Shown: positions 10,212 through 19,633 of the stretch, piece by piece
How the letters are laid out: each line of letters starts with the position of its first letter
Position numbering within the stretch: the first letter of the stretch is position 1
Origin: an uncultured Candidatus Saccharibacteria bacterium
Lineage (GTDB): Bacteria; Patescibacteriota; Minisyncoccia; Phycocordibacterales; UBA9973
NCBI GenBank assembly: GCA_964544225.1
Contig: CAZIZK010000001.1
Location: forward strand, 207,477-271,476
Direction of reading: 5' to 3'
Length of the DNA stretch: 64,000 nt
The notes under the pieces: model-generated
Seen by the model: only the letters and a program-made list of their open reading frames with translations
Told to the model about the DNA's origin: nothing
Databases searched by the model: none
Program-made: the position numbers and the translations under genes

Positions 10212-10613
10212 ATGCAATTTAAAGTTCCACAATTTATCGACATAGAGGACAAGTTATTTGGTCCTTTTACATTCAAGCAATTTACCTATCTGGCCGGAGG
10301 TGGGGGTTTGGTATATGTATTGTATAAATTGTTGCCTATATATCTAGCTATCCCACTGATCATACCGGTTGCAATACTAGCAGGATTGCTAACATTCTAC
10401 AAAATAAATGGCAAACCCTTCCTTTACTACCTACAAGCAAGTATTACATACGCGGTAAAGAGCAAGCTGTATGTATGGAAGCAACGTTTGGAAAAACCAG
10501 AAATGAAGAAAGAGGTTCCCAGCTTGCCCAACCAGACATCTGTTGTGCCTACGCTTTCAGGTAGCAGACTAAAGGATTTATCGTGGAGCCTCGATGTTCT
10601 GGATAAAAAGTAA
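10212..10613 (+). CDS. PrgI family (VirB3-like) membrane protein
   Basis: MQFKVPQFIDIEDKLFGPFTFKQF start, two TMs, KINGKPF. Confidence 0.9.
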   Translation: MQFKVPQFIDIEDKLFGPFTFKQFTYLAGGGGLVYVLYKLLPIYLAIPLIIPVAILAGLLTFYKINGKPFLYYLQASITYAVKSKLYVWKQRLEKPEMKKEVPSLPNQTSVVPTLSGSRLKDLSWSLDVLDKK

Positions 10614-10658
10614 TTTCCCACTTATAAATTAAACCTTTTACATGTTACAATAAATATT

Positions 10659-11306
10659 ATGGCTCTGGATGCAAGAAGATCACAAGAATTTGTTCCAATA
10701 AAAGAAGTTCGCGATGGTATCATTATTTTAAAAGATGGTGGGCTTCGTGCTGTATTGGTAGCTTCTTCTATCAACCTATCTCTAAAGTCTAGCGACGAAC
10801 AGAAGGCGGTTATAGCCAACTTTCAAAACTTTCTAAACGGGCTCGACTTTTCTATACAGATAGTGGTCCAGTCACGTAGGCTCGATATCCGCCCTTATCT
10901 ACTAACTCTAGAAGAGAGGATGAAAGTCCAAGTAGAACCCCTGATCAAGATCCAGACAAAGGAATATATGGACTTTATCCAATCTTTTACAAATGAAGTA
11001 AACATTATGACAAAGAGCTTCTTTGTAGTGGTGCCATATAGTGGTAGTACATTTAAATCCGACGAGAGTATTGTCGAGAAGGTGTTAGATATGAAGAAGG
11101 CAAAGAAGGGTAGCACAAAGAAAGAGGAGGACCTAGCAAGTTTCGAGGAGAAGAGGTCACAATTGGACCAGCGTATTGCTATGATAAGCCAGGGTTTGGG
11201 TGGGTTTGGAGTTCGTAGTTCACAGCTTGGCACAGAGGAGATAATCGAGATGTTCTACAAGACATTCAACCCCGGTGATATTAGTCAGGGTATTAAATTA
11301 GAATAA
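10659..11306 (+). CDS. TraC/VirB4 N-terminal-like conjugal transfer protein
   Basis: SQEFVPIKEVRDGIIILKDG, SSINLSLKS, FQNFLNGLDFSIQIVVQSRRLDI; lies between prgI and virB4. Confidence 0.8.
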   Translation: MALDARRSQEFVPIKEVRDGIIILKDGGLRAVLVASSINLSLKSSDEQKAVIANFQNFLNGLDFSIQIVVQSRRLDIRPYLLTLEERMKVQVEPLIKIQTKEYMDFIQSFTNEVNIMTKSFFVVVPYSGSTFKSDESIVEKVLDMKKAKKGSTKKEEDLASFEEKRSQLDQRIAMISQGLGGFGVRSSQLGTEEIIEMFYKTFNPGDISQGIKLE

Positions 11307-11313
11307 TTATTAT

Positions 11314-13149
11314 ATGGGAATATTTTCATCAATTTTTGGCTCAAAGAAGACTGACACACCACAAGGCCGTGTTGTTTTACCTGTACTACCAAATGAAATA
11401 TACCAGGCGGCCACACTCGAACTCCAAGACATCATAGCCCCATCTGCGTTACAAATCAGTCCTAAATCACTGAACCTAGGCGACAAGATATCTCGCACAT
11501 TCTTCGTCATATCATACCCACGATACCTAACCGACAACTGGTTCTCACCAATCATTAACCTCGACAAGATATTCGATGTTTCTATATTTATACACCCTAT
11601 CGATACTGGGGAAATACTCCGCTCTTTCCAAAAGAAGGTGGCCGAAGTACAAAGTCAGATATCTATCCGTGAATCAAAAGGCCTCGTTCGTGACCCAATG
11701 CTAGACACTGCATACGGCGACCTCGAGGAACTTCGCAACAACCTGATGCAAGCCCAGGAAAAGATGTTCGATGTAGGCCTATATATCACTATCTATGCTG
11801 ATAATGAAGGCGAATTGTACAAAGCCGAAAACGAGATCAAATCACTACTAGAATCAAAGCTTATATATCTAAAGCCTGCACTTTTCCAACAAGAGGAGGC
11901 TTTTAAAAGTGCTATACCTACAGGCACCGACCTGCTAGAGATAGGGCAGAAATTAAATACTGAACCCCTTTCAAGCGTCTTTCCTTTTGTATCGTTCGAC
12001 CTTACTTCCGACAAGGGCATACTTTATGGAGTAAATAGGCATAACTCGAGCCTTATAATATTTGACCGTTTCTCACTACCAAACTATAACTCTATAACAT
12101 TTGCTACATCTGGTGCTGGTAAGTCATACGCTACAAAGCTCGAGATTATTCGTACACTCATGTTCGATACAGAAGTAATAGTTATCGACCCAGAAAGGGA
12201 GTACGAGTTCCTCGCTGAAGCTGTGGGTGGTAGGTATTTCAATATTGCCCTTTCTTCCGAGCACCATATCAACCCATTTGACCTACCGATACCTAGTGAG
12301 GATGAGACAGGTGCGGATGTCCTACGTTCCAACACTATCAACCTCGTAGGCCTATTCCGCATAATGCTCGGAGGACTAACTCCTGAGGAGGATTCCATTA
12401 TAGACCGTGCTATCACCGAAACATACGCACTCAAAGACATCACAGCCGAGAGCGACTTCCGTAACATCGAACCACCACTGTTGTCCGACTTCGAGATGGT
12501 TTTAGCCGGTATGGAGGGTAGCGAATCTGTAATACAAAGGCTTACTAAATACACTCGTGGAAGCTGGGCATCGTTCCTGAACCAGCCTTCAAATGTAGAT
12601 ATCAATAGGAAGTTCGTAGTGTTCTCAGTGCGCGACATGGAGGACGAGTTGAAGCCAGTAGCCATGTATATAGTCACACACTATATATGGAACGCGATAA
12701 GGAAGAACATAAAGAAACGTCTATTGGTGGTGGACGAGGCTTGGTGGATGATGAAGTCCGAGGACACAGCATCATTCCTATACTCTATAGCAAAGCGTGG
12801 CCGTAAATACTATCTGGGCCTTGCAACTATAACCCAAGACGTAGGCGACTTTATGAAGAGCCCGTATGGTATACCTATAGTTACCAACTCTTCACTCCAG
12901 TTACTACTGAAGCAGTCACCGTCAACTGTGGACCTATTGCAAAAGACTTTCAACCTAACCGATGAGGAGAAGTACCTACTGCTAGAAGCAAATGTAGGGG
13001 AGGGTATATTCTTTGCAGGACTCAAACACGTAGCGGTTAAAACTATCGCATCATATACCGAGGACCAGATCATTACATCTGACCCTTCGCAGATACTAGC
13101 TATAAAGAAGGCAAAGGATGATCTACTTTCGAACGAAACAGGGGCTTAA
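11314..13149 (+). CDS. virB4: VirB4-like type IV secretion ATPase
   Basis: Walker A ATSGAGKS, VIDPEREY, INPFD, Walker B LLVVDEAW, KRGRKY, TITQDVGDF. Confidence 0.92.
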   Translation: MGIFSSIFGSKKTDTPQGRVVLPVLPNEIYQAATLELQDIIAPSALQISPKSLNLGDKISRTFFVISYPRYLTDNWFSPIINLDKIFDVSIFIHPIDTGEILRSFQKKVAEVQSQISIRESKGLVRDPMLDTAYGDLEELRNNLMQAQEKMFDVGLYITIYADNEGELYKAENEIKSLLESKLIYLKPALFQQEEAFKSAIPTGTDLLEIGQKLNTEPLSSVFPFVSFDLTSDKGILYGVNRHNSSLIIFDRFSLPNYNSITFATSGAGKSYATKLEIIRTLMFDTEVIVIDPEREYEFLAEAVGGRYFNIALSSEHHINPFDLPIPSEDETGADVLRSNTINLVGLFRIMLGGLTPEEDSIIDRAITETYALKDITAESDFRNIEPPLLSDFEMVLAGMEGSESVIQRLTKYTRGSWASFLNQPSNVDINRKFVVFSVRDMEDELKPVAMYIVTHYIWNAIRKNIKKRLLVVDEAWWMMKSEDTASFLYSIAKRGRKYYLGLATITQDVGDFMKSPYGIPIVTNSSLQLLLKQSPSTVDLLQKTFNLTDEEKYLLLEANVGEGIFFAGLKHVAVKTIASYTEDQIITSDPSQILAIKKAKDDLLSNETGA

Positions 13150-13188
13150 TTAATTGTTTAGAACCTTTAATTATCGTATAATATAGTA

Positions 13189-14178
13189 GTGAAAAAAAGG
13201 TTGCTACAACTTACACTATTAATACTTATCCTAGTAAGTATTATGCCTATGTCTATAAATGCCGAGGCTCTTCAGGTAACATCTGCAGATATAAATATCG
13301 AGACAATACCCGACAACCCACAGCCCTATACTGACGTAACTATGACTATCACAAGTTATGCAACCGACCTAAATAAGGCCCTAATAACATGGAAGAGTGG
13401 TGACGACACTATACTATCGGGTATTGGTCGTACTAAATACGTTTTTAAAACAGGTGCTCCAAATATCAATACTTCCTTTACAGTATCTATAACACCAGCA
13501 GGGAGCTTTGCTTCTGTTGAAAAGAGCTTTGTAATCAGCCCTTCGGAGGTAGAGATGCTGTGGCAAGCCATTGACTCTTATACACCACCATTCTATAAGG
13601 GCAAGAGCTTCCCCACATCTGAGGGGTCAGTGCGTATTGTAGCTATGCCAAACACTGTGGGTATATCTAGTGGTAGTAACAAAAGTATGGCGTACTATTG
13701 GAAGCTGAACTACGATAGCGCCCAGGATGCATCGGGGTATGGCAAGGATTCCTTTACCTACAAGAACAGTTATCTAAATGATACCGATCATATTGGGGTA
13801 TCGGTATCTACAACCAATGGTTCCTACACAGGCAATGGCACAATAGACATACCTATGTACAATCCAGAGATGATCTTCTACAAGAAGTCTCCAACTGAAG
13901 GTATAAAGTACAACGAGGCTGTAACAGGCGAAGTCTACATGAATGAGGACGAGATGACTCTTGTAGCGGAGCCATACTTCCTAAACAATTCAAACGGTAC
14001 AAATGATCTAACTTATAAATGGAAGATAAACAACAACGACATCAGTACACCACGCAACCCTCGCGAACTGACAGTCCGCCCTACATCACGTGGGGGATAC
14101 GCCAACATAAATATTTCTATAAGTAGTATTAGTAAACTATTCCAAAACATTAATAAGTCTATAAAAATTAATCTGTAA
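13189..14178 (+). CDS. Secreted beta-rich (Ig-like tandem) hypothetical protein
   Basis: Signal peptide; MLWQAIDSYTPPFYKGK, AEPYF, YKWKIN motifs. Confidence 0.75.
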   Translation: MKKRLLQLTLLILILVSIMPMSINAEALQVTSADINIETIPDNPQPYTDVTMTITSYATDLNKALITWKSGDDTILSGIGRTKYVFKTGAPNINTSFTVSITPAGSFASVEKSFVISPSEVEMLWQAIDSYTPPFYKGKSFPTSEGSVRIVAMPNTVGISSGSNKSMAYYWKLNYDSAQDASGYGKDSFTYKNSYLNDTDHIGVSVSTTNGSYTGNGTIDIPMYNPEMIFYKKSPTEGIKYNEAVTGEVYMNEDEMTLVAEPYFLNNSNGTNDLTYKWKINNNDISTPRNPRELTVRPTSRGGYANINISISSISKLFQNINKSIKINL

Positions 14179-14187
14179 AAATAATTA

Positions 14188-14605
14188 ATGAAAAAAATAT
14201 TATTAATAATATTTATAGCAATAGCATTTTTAGGAAATTTTAATATTTCAAGTGCTGAATTCTTGGACCCTATACAAACACAAGCTGTACAAGAAGACTA
14301 TAGTTTATTGGCACCAATTCCAGGTGTAAATAAAATAGATAATACGAATACACTAGGCACATATCTTAACTTTTTCTTTAAATTCGCTATATCTGTGTGT
14401 GCTGGATTGGCAGTACTTATGATAGTTATATACGGGGTACAGTATATGGGAGATGGGTCAGTATTTGGCCATACAGAAGCAAAGAGTAAAATAGGTTCTG
14501 CTATTATGGGATTATTGTTAGCACTTGGTGCATATGCACTACTAAATACTATTAACCCAGATCTGGTGGGGAGTAATGGTATAAAGATTAAACAGGTGAC
14601 GATAA
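14188..14605 (+). repeat. 418-bp direct repeat, copy 1 (pilin N-terminal module)
   Basis: Matches 15104-15521 at offset 916 with no mismatch seen by eye; diverges right after gtgacgataa. Confidence 0.93.
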
Positions 14606-15099
14606 AACTCCAGTCGATGGATATCCCTCAAGAAGTACAAAAAGATGGAACATATGTTGGAACAACTTATAAAAAGGGTGAAATTTGGCCAGACGATCAA
14701 AAAACAAGAGATGACTTAAAAAAAATAAATATTTCAGTTTCTCCAACAAAATGCACAACAGTAGGACAAAGTGGTTGTACAACTGTTTACGGATTAAACA
14801 CTGCTTTTGTTTCAAAGTTAAAAACAACTTGCCCAACTTGTGATATAACCATAACAGAAGGTACTGGATTTTGGAAACACATAGCTAATGTGTATAAAAT
14901 ACATTATCCGGGTGGGTGGACTGTAGACATGCGTCAAACAACAACACTTTCTACATTTATACACTCAAAACCAAAAACTCCTTTTAGTTGGGGAATTTGT
15001 TATGATATTGGTAATGGTTTAGGTATAGTGGAAGAAAAAGACCATTTCCATGCATTTAGCTTAACAGGTGGATGTAATACTTCTAAGCAAGGTGTTTAA
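14188..15099 (+). CDS. VirB2/TrbC-like pilin fused to a putative Zn peptidase of the M15/Hedgehog-DD-peptidase fold
   Basis: Signal peptide, YSLLAPIP, pilin core LAVLMIVIYGVQY...AKSKIGSAIMGLLLALGAYALLNTINPDL; C-terminal HYPGGWTVD...EKDHFH. Confidence 0.75.
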   Translation: MKKILLIIFIAIAFLGNFNISSAEFLDPIQTQAVQEDYSLLAPIPGVNKIDNTNTLGTYLNFFFKFAISVCAGLAVLMIVIYGVQYMGDGSVFGHTEAKSKIGSAIMGLLLALGAYALLNTINPDLVGSNGIKIKQVTIKLQSMDIPQEVQKDGTYVGTTYKKGEIWPDDQKTRDDLKKINISVSPTKCTTVGQSGCTTVYGLNTAFVSKLKTTCPTCDITITEGTGFWKHIANVYKIHYPGGWTVDMRQTTTLSTFIHSKPKTPFSWGICYDIGNGLGIVEEKDHFHAFSLTGGCNTSKQGV

Positions 15100-15103
15100 T
15101 AAT

Positions 15104-15521
15104 ATGAAAAAAATATTATTAATAATATTTATAGCAATAGCATTTTTAGGAAATTTTAATATTTCAAGTGCTGAATTCTTGGACCCTATACAAACACAAG
15201 CTGTACAAGAAGACTATAGTTTATTGGCACCAATTCCAGGTGTAAATAAAATAGATAATACGAATACACTAGGCACATATCTTAACTTTTTCTTTAAATT
15301 CGCTATATCTGTGTGTGCTGGATTGGCAGTACTTATGATAGTTATATACGGGGTACAGTATATGGGAGATGGGTCAGTATTTGGCCATACAGAAGCAAAG
15401 AGTAAAATAGGTTCTGCTATTATGGGATTATTGTTAGCACTTGGTGCATATGCACTACTAAATACTATTAACCCAGATCTGGTGGGGAGTAATGGTATAA
15501 AGATTAAACAGGTGACGATAA
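15104..15521 (+). repeat. 418-bp direct repeat, copy 2
   Basis: Matches 14188-14605. Confidence 0.93.
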
Positions 15522-16213
15522 CTCTTTCTCCAGGTCAACAATACAGATTGTCTGAAACCCAAGCCACAACAAAAAAGTTTGCTAGGACTAAATACTATGA
15601 CACAATAAAAGCAACTGCTGCAAAAAAGGAGTACAACATTCCACACTGTTTGTTGCAAGTTGCAATACAAAGAGAGTCTGGTGGGGTAGCAGGTTTAGTT
15701 GGTCACGACGAAGAAGCTCCTGCTTTTGGTATCCCGTCCAGAAAGAATTTTGTAAATTCAGGTAAAAAGTATAGCGGGACAACATTTACATCTAGCCAAT
15801 CATTAATAACAGACAGGGGGTTCCATAACGACGATCATAAGGGAAATAATTTATTCTCTGCTTCCAAGCCAACAGCTGTTGATTTAGGGTTGGATTGGCG
15901 ATATTCACATGCAATAGGTATGTTTGGGGTAACATTTTACCCAGCAGGGGAAAGTTATGGTGATTATACTAAAGGTATATATATGGTAATATTAAAAAAG
16001 ACAGTCTTCCCAAAAGATTTGTTTAATACTAATACAGATATATTAGTAGCTGCTGAAATGATGAGTAGTAACTACAAACTTTGTAATAATAATGTGGAGC
16101 AAACATATAGGAAATATGGCTCTGGTCGTTGTGATGGGAGTAATGCATTTACTAATGTAGAAGCCCCTCTTAGAAAGAATTTATACGATCAGTGCGTAGC
16201 TCAAGATAAATAA
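15104..16213 (+). CDS. VirB2/TrbC-like pilin fused to a putative lytic transglycosylase (SLT/lysozyme-like) domain
   Basis: Same N-terminal ~139 aa as the 14188 gene (true start ATG 15104); YNIPHCLLQVAIQRESGG (catalytic ES), AIGMFGV, LFNTNTDILVAAEMM, TYRKYGSG. Confidence 0.75.
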   Translation: MKKILLIIFIAIAFLGNFNISSAEFLDPIQTQAVQEDYSLLAPIPGVNKIDNTNTLGTYLNFFFKFAISVCAGLAVLMIVIYGVQYMGDGSVFGHTEAKSKIGSAIMGLLLALGAYALLNTINPDLVGSNGIKIKQVTITLSPGQQYRLSETQATTKKFARTKYYDTIKATAAKKEYNIPHCLLQVAIQRESGGVAGLVGHDEEAPAFGIPSRKNFVNSGKKYSGTTFTSSQSLITDRGFHNDDHKGNNLFSASKPTAVDLGLDWRYSHAIGMFGVTFYPAGESYGDYTKGIYMVILKKTVFPKDLFNTNTDILVAAEMMSSNYKLCNNNVEQTYRKYGSGRCDGSNAFTNVEAPLRKNLYDQCVAQDK

Positions 16214-16214
16214 A

Positions 16215-17537
16215 ATGAAAAAAACAATTATCATTATAATACTTATACTAGCCACCGCAGGTGGGACACTTTGGTATATACAAAGTAAACAAGCTACAAA
16301 TAATACGAGTACCACTGACACTGGTACAGGATTTTTGAAATCTTTCTTTTCTTTCAATCAAAACAATACTTCAAACACAACAACTGATACTAACAGTACA
16401 GATGGCACAGGCACTGATACGGAAACAGGGGATGCAACAGATACCGAAACACCAAATACCACAAATACTAATAAACTTGTTCAAGTAACTGACTTTCCAA
16501 TATCAGGCCTTGCTAGCTTTATCGACACACGCCCTCTACCAGAAAGTGCTATCCCAGTAACAACTACACCAGTAAAAGATGCAAAGGGTAAGATTGTGCA
16601 GGCAAAAGTTATAGCCCCATCAGTCGAATCTGTATCTGCATTACGATATGCAGCCCGTGCAAATGGCCATATATATAGCCAGTACCTAGACACTGGTGCA
16701 AGTGCAAAGATATCTAACGCAACCATTCCAAGTATTTACGAAACATATTTCGGTGACAATGGTAAGGCTGTGGTGTATAGATACCTAAACAACAACGACC
16801 AAACTATCCAAACATTTCTAACACATACCGATGGGTCAAAGGGTGACTTTCTTCAGGAAGATATCTCTGGTATTGCAATATCACCAGACAGTAATTCACT
16901 CTTCTACCTGGCACCGCTTGGTAGTAATGTGGCAGGGTACTATATGAACTTTAAAGACAACAACAAGATACAGGTATTCACATCTGCATTTACCGAGTGG
17001 CTACCACAGTGGGCAGGGACTTCTACTATATTCCTAACTACAAAGCCTTCTTGGGACACTGTAGGCTCTATATACGCTACAAATATTGGGAAGAACAACT
17101 TTATAAAAGTATTTAGTGGGTTAAAAGGTTTAACGACTCTTGCATCTAATAATGCAGCCAATATCCTATATAGCAGTACTTCCAATATTGGCCCCGAGCT
17201 CGGTGTATACAATATCGACAAGCATGAGTTCACAAAGCTACCTGTAAGAACACTCGCAGACAAATGCGTATGGAGTCGTGATGGAGTACGTGCATATTGT
17301 GCAAAGCCAAATAATATAGAGGGTAATAAGTACCCAGACAATTGGTACAAAGGAATCGTGTCATTTAATGACAGTATTATATCTATAGACACTGCTAACA
17401 AATCATACTCTACTTTAGTAAATACAGAAGATGTACAAGCAATAGATGCGATCAACCTAACACTTTCCCAAGACGAGAAGATATTGTTCTTCTTAAACAA
17501 AAAAGACTCCACAATGTGGAGGCTAGACCTAGAATAG
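16215..17537 (+). CDS. Membrane-anchored TolB/WD40-like beta-propeller protein
   Basis: N-terminal TM, Thr-rich linker, AISPDSNSLFY, TLADKCVWS, LSQDEKILFFLNKKDSTMWRLDL. Confidence 0.7.
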   Translation: MKKTIIIIILILATAGGTLWYIQSKQATNNTSTTDTGTGFLKSFFSFNQNNTSNTTTDTNSTDGTGTDTETGDATDTETPNTTNTNKLVQVTDFPISGLASFIDTRPLPESAIPVTTTPVKDAKGKIVQAKVIAPSVESVSALRYAARANGHIYSQYLDTGASAKISNATIPSIYETYFGDNGKAVVYRYLNNNDQTIQTFLTHTDGSKGDFLQEDISGIAISPDSNSLFYLAPLGSNVAGYYMNFKDNNKIQVFTSAFTEWLPQWAGTSTIFLTTKPSWDTVGSIYATNIGKNNFIKVFSGLKGLTTLASNNAANILYSSTSNIGPELGVYNIDKHEFTKLPVRTLADKCVWSRDGVRAYCAKPNNIEGNKYPDNWYKGIVSFNDSIISIDTANKSYSTLVNTEDVQAIDAINLTLSQDEKILFFLNKKDSTMWRLDLE

Positions 17538-17556
17538 GGGATAGAAAAAGAGGAGA

Positions 17557-18024
17557 CTAAATCTCCTCTTTTTCTTTGTATTTAATTACTACGTGTCTAC
17601 CTGGGCCCATACCTGCTGACTCTGTAACAATGTCTGGAATATTCTCTAGAAACATATGCACAATACGGCGTTCGTATGCTGGCATTGGCTCGAGCTCTAC
17701 ACTGTTCTTGAAATACCTTGCTCGCTCAGCTAGCATATGTGCTGTGGTCTTTAGGCTGTCGAAGCGCTTCTTATTATAACCATTTATATCTATCATTAAC
17801 ATTCCGGCTTCATCTTCGGATACAGTCTTCTCTATCATCTTACGGACAAGGTGGTTGAGTGATCGTAGGGTCTCACCCTCACGGCCAATCATGTATCGTG
17901 AGTCAGGTGTAGATATGGAACACCATATCATGGAACCCTCATCGGTAAATTCACAGGATGTGAGGGTACACGCTGTGTGTTTGAATATATCCTCTATTAT
18001 ATTTTTTATATAATCTTTATCCAT
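17557..18024 (-). CDS. jag: Jag/KhpB-like KH-R3H RNA-binding protein
   Basis: MIGREGETLRSL (KH), LEPMPAYERRIVH (R3H); downstream of yidC. Confidence 0.9.
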   Translation of the reverse strand: MDKDYIKNIIEDIFKHTACTLTSCEFTDEGSMIWCSISTPDSRYMIGREGETLRSLNHLVRKMIEKTVSEDEAGMLMIDINGYNKKRFDSLKTTAHMLAERARYFKNSVELEPMPAYERRIVHMFLENIPDIVTESAGMGPGRHVVIKYKEKEEI

Positions 18025-18037
18025 ATATTTTATAAAT

Positions 18038-18799
18038 TTATTTTACTTCTACGGCCTTTACCATAATAGTTCCATCCTCTTTCTTTAAGCTCCTCTTTAC
18101 ATACCACTCTTGGATTATTGTAAACACGTTACTTGTAACCCAATACAAAGCCACAGCTGCAGATATCTTGTAAGCTATAAAAGCTATAAATATAGGTAGT
18201 ATGTATTTCACATTCATGGACATACTGTCAGACATTTGTTCTTGGAAAGTCTTTGCCTTGGCTGGTATTGTTGGGTCAGCTTTTGGCTTCTTTGGAAACA
18301 TCAGGTATCCTTGGACAAATTGTGACACACCAGCAAGTATTGCAAGTACTAATGACTTGCCATGTATATCTATAACACCAAGGAACATTGTGTGTAAGTT
18401 CGTAGGCATACTAACGAATGAGTATAGCGGGTCAGTGCCAAGGGCCAAGCCTTTATAGAAAGCGTAATATAGGGCAAATATCACAGGAAGCTGTATCAGT
18501 AGAACAAGGCATCCAGAAAATGGGTTAACTTTGTATTGTTTATATAATTCGAAAGTCTTCTTTGCTTGTTCTTCTTTGTTTGGGTAATCTTCCTTGATCT
18601 TTTTGAGCATTGGCTCGATCTTCTTCATTAGAAACTGGCTACGGATAGACTTCTTTGAAAGAGGGAATAGTATAAGCTTTACAATAATAGTAAGGATTAT
18701 TACAGCAAAACCAACATCACCAAAGGTAATATTGTCTATAATAAAGATAAGTGCGTTATAAATAGGTTGATAAAATAGATTAGTCCAAATTGTTTGCAT
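18038..18799 (-). CDS. yidC: Membrane protein insertase YidC/Oxa1 (short form)
   Basis: GFAVIILTIIVKLILFPL, VNPFSGCLVLLIQLPV, LYWVTSN. Confidence 0.95.
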   Translation of the reverse strand: MQTIWTNLFYQPIYNALIFIIDNITFGDVGFAVIILTIIVKLILFPLSKKSIRSQFLMKKIEPMLKKIKEDYPNKEEQAKKTFELYKQYKVNPFSGCLVLLIQLPVIFALYYAFYKGLALGTDPLYSFVSMPTNLHTMFLGVIDIHGKSLVLAILAGVSQFVQGYLMFPKKPKADPTIPAKAKTFQEQMSDSMSMNVKYILPIFIAFIAYKISAAVALYWVTSNVFTIIQEWYVKRSLKKEDGTIMVKAVEVK

Positions 18800-18842
18800 T
18801 CAACCATTGTAACGCAATAAAGTCTAAAATCAAAATATTTCT

Positions 18843-19049
18843 TTATTTTAAAGGGTCTAAACGGTTTTTCTGCCACGGGTGGCAACGAAGAATCCTTTCC
18901 ACACCTTTATACACACCTTTAAAAGACCCATATTTCTCAATAGCCTGTTTGGTATATTCCGAGCAAGTTGGCACAAAAACACATGCATAGTGGGCACGGG
19001 TTGGGGTCTTTTGGTATATATTTATAAGCCAGATTAGTAATTTTTTCAA
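18843..19049 (-). CDS. yidD: Membrane protein insertion efficiency factor YidD
   Basis: [10 protein letters not shown]...RILRCHPW...DPL; lies between rnpA and yidC. Confidence 0.92.
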   Translation of the reverse strand: MKKLLIWLINIYQKTPTRAHYACVFVPTCSEYTKQAIEKYGSFKGVYKGVERILRCHPWQKNRLDPLK

Positions 19050-19050
19050 T

Positions 19051-19380
19051 TTAAGCCTTTATTTTAGGGAATAATTGGGTCAGGTCGGCCTTGATTTCAG
19101 GAAAAGTGGCTTCTTTTGCCTGTTTTTTATAAAAAACTATATAAATAAAGCCTTTTTTAGGATTTATACCCGACATAGCCCTATAACCCTGTCTTCGCAG
19201 GGAAATACGCTTTGAAGCCAGCTTGGCTATGGATTTCGGGGCTACAAAAGCTAATTTATAGTCCGAATTACCAGAAAAAGCCTTATAACGCAAAGTAAAA
19301 AGAGGGCTATGTAGAACATTGCCTTCTTTTATTACAGAATCGAATAACCCTTTTGTTACCCGTCTATCCTTTGAAATCAT
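19051..19380 (-). CDS. rnpA: Ribonuclease P protein component
   Basis: Basic protein, [20 protein letters not shown] (RNR-like motif); canonical position after rpmH. Confidence 0.85.
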   Translation of the reverse strand: MISKDRRVTKGLFDSVIKEGNVLHSPLFTLRYKAFSGNSDYKLAFVAPKSIAKLASKRISLRRQGYRAMSGINPKKGFIYIVFYKKQAKEATFPEIKADLTQLFPKIKA

Positions 19381-19382
19381 GA

Positions 19383-19523
19383 CTATTTTGAGACTGTGAG
19401 TTTTGCACGACCCTTTTGGCGTCGACGAGCAAGTATCTTGTTACCACCAGCTGTCTTTGTACGAGTCAGGAAGCCGTGAGTCTTTGCTCTTTTTCTTTTG
19501 TTTGGTTGGTATGTTTGAGACAT
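19383..19523 (-). CDS. rpmH: 50S ribosomal protein L34
   Basis: [21 protein letters not shown]...[10 protein letters not shown]. Confidence 0.97.
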   Translation of the reverse strand: MSQTYQPNKRKRAKTHGFLTRTKTAGGNKILARRRQKGRAKLTVSK

Positions 19524-19556
19524 ATAGGAAATATATACTATAATGTACATTATTGC

Positions 19557-19576
19557 AAATCCACACGTTATCAACA
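19557..19576. promoter_or_regulatory. Degenerate DnaA boxes upstream of dnaA
   Basis: aaatccaca and ttatcaaca compared with consensus TTATCCACA. Confidence 0.5.
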
Positions 19577-19633
19577 GGTTAATTAAGAGTTTGTAATTAT
19601 TGGTTATAAGTAAATACGAGTATAATAAAAACT

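Noticed and set aside
14188-15521. Diversity-generating retroelement TR/VR pair
   Set aside because: Copies appear identical with no adenine-specific mismatches, lie at gene 5' ends, and no reverse transcriptase is present.
12084-17512. Long antisense ORFs (e.g. 12084-12677, 16940-17512) and similar shadows across the window
   Set aside because: They lie opposite well-supported genes and have no motifs or independent signals.
823-17537. Integrative conjugative element or plasmid
   Set aside because: No integrase, relaxase, coupling protein or flanking att repeats in the window; embedded among core genes.
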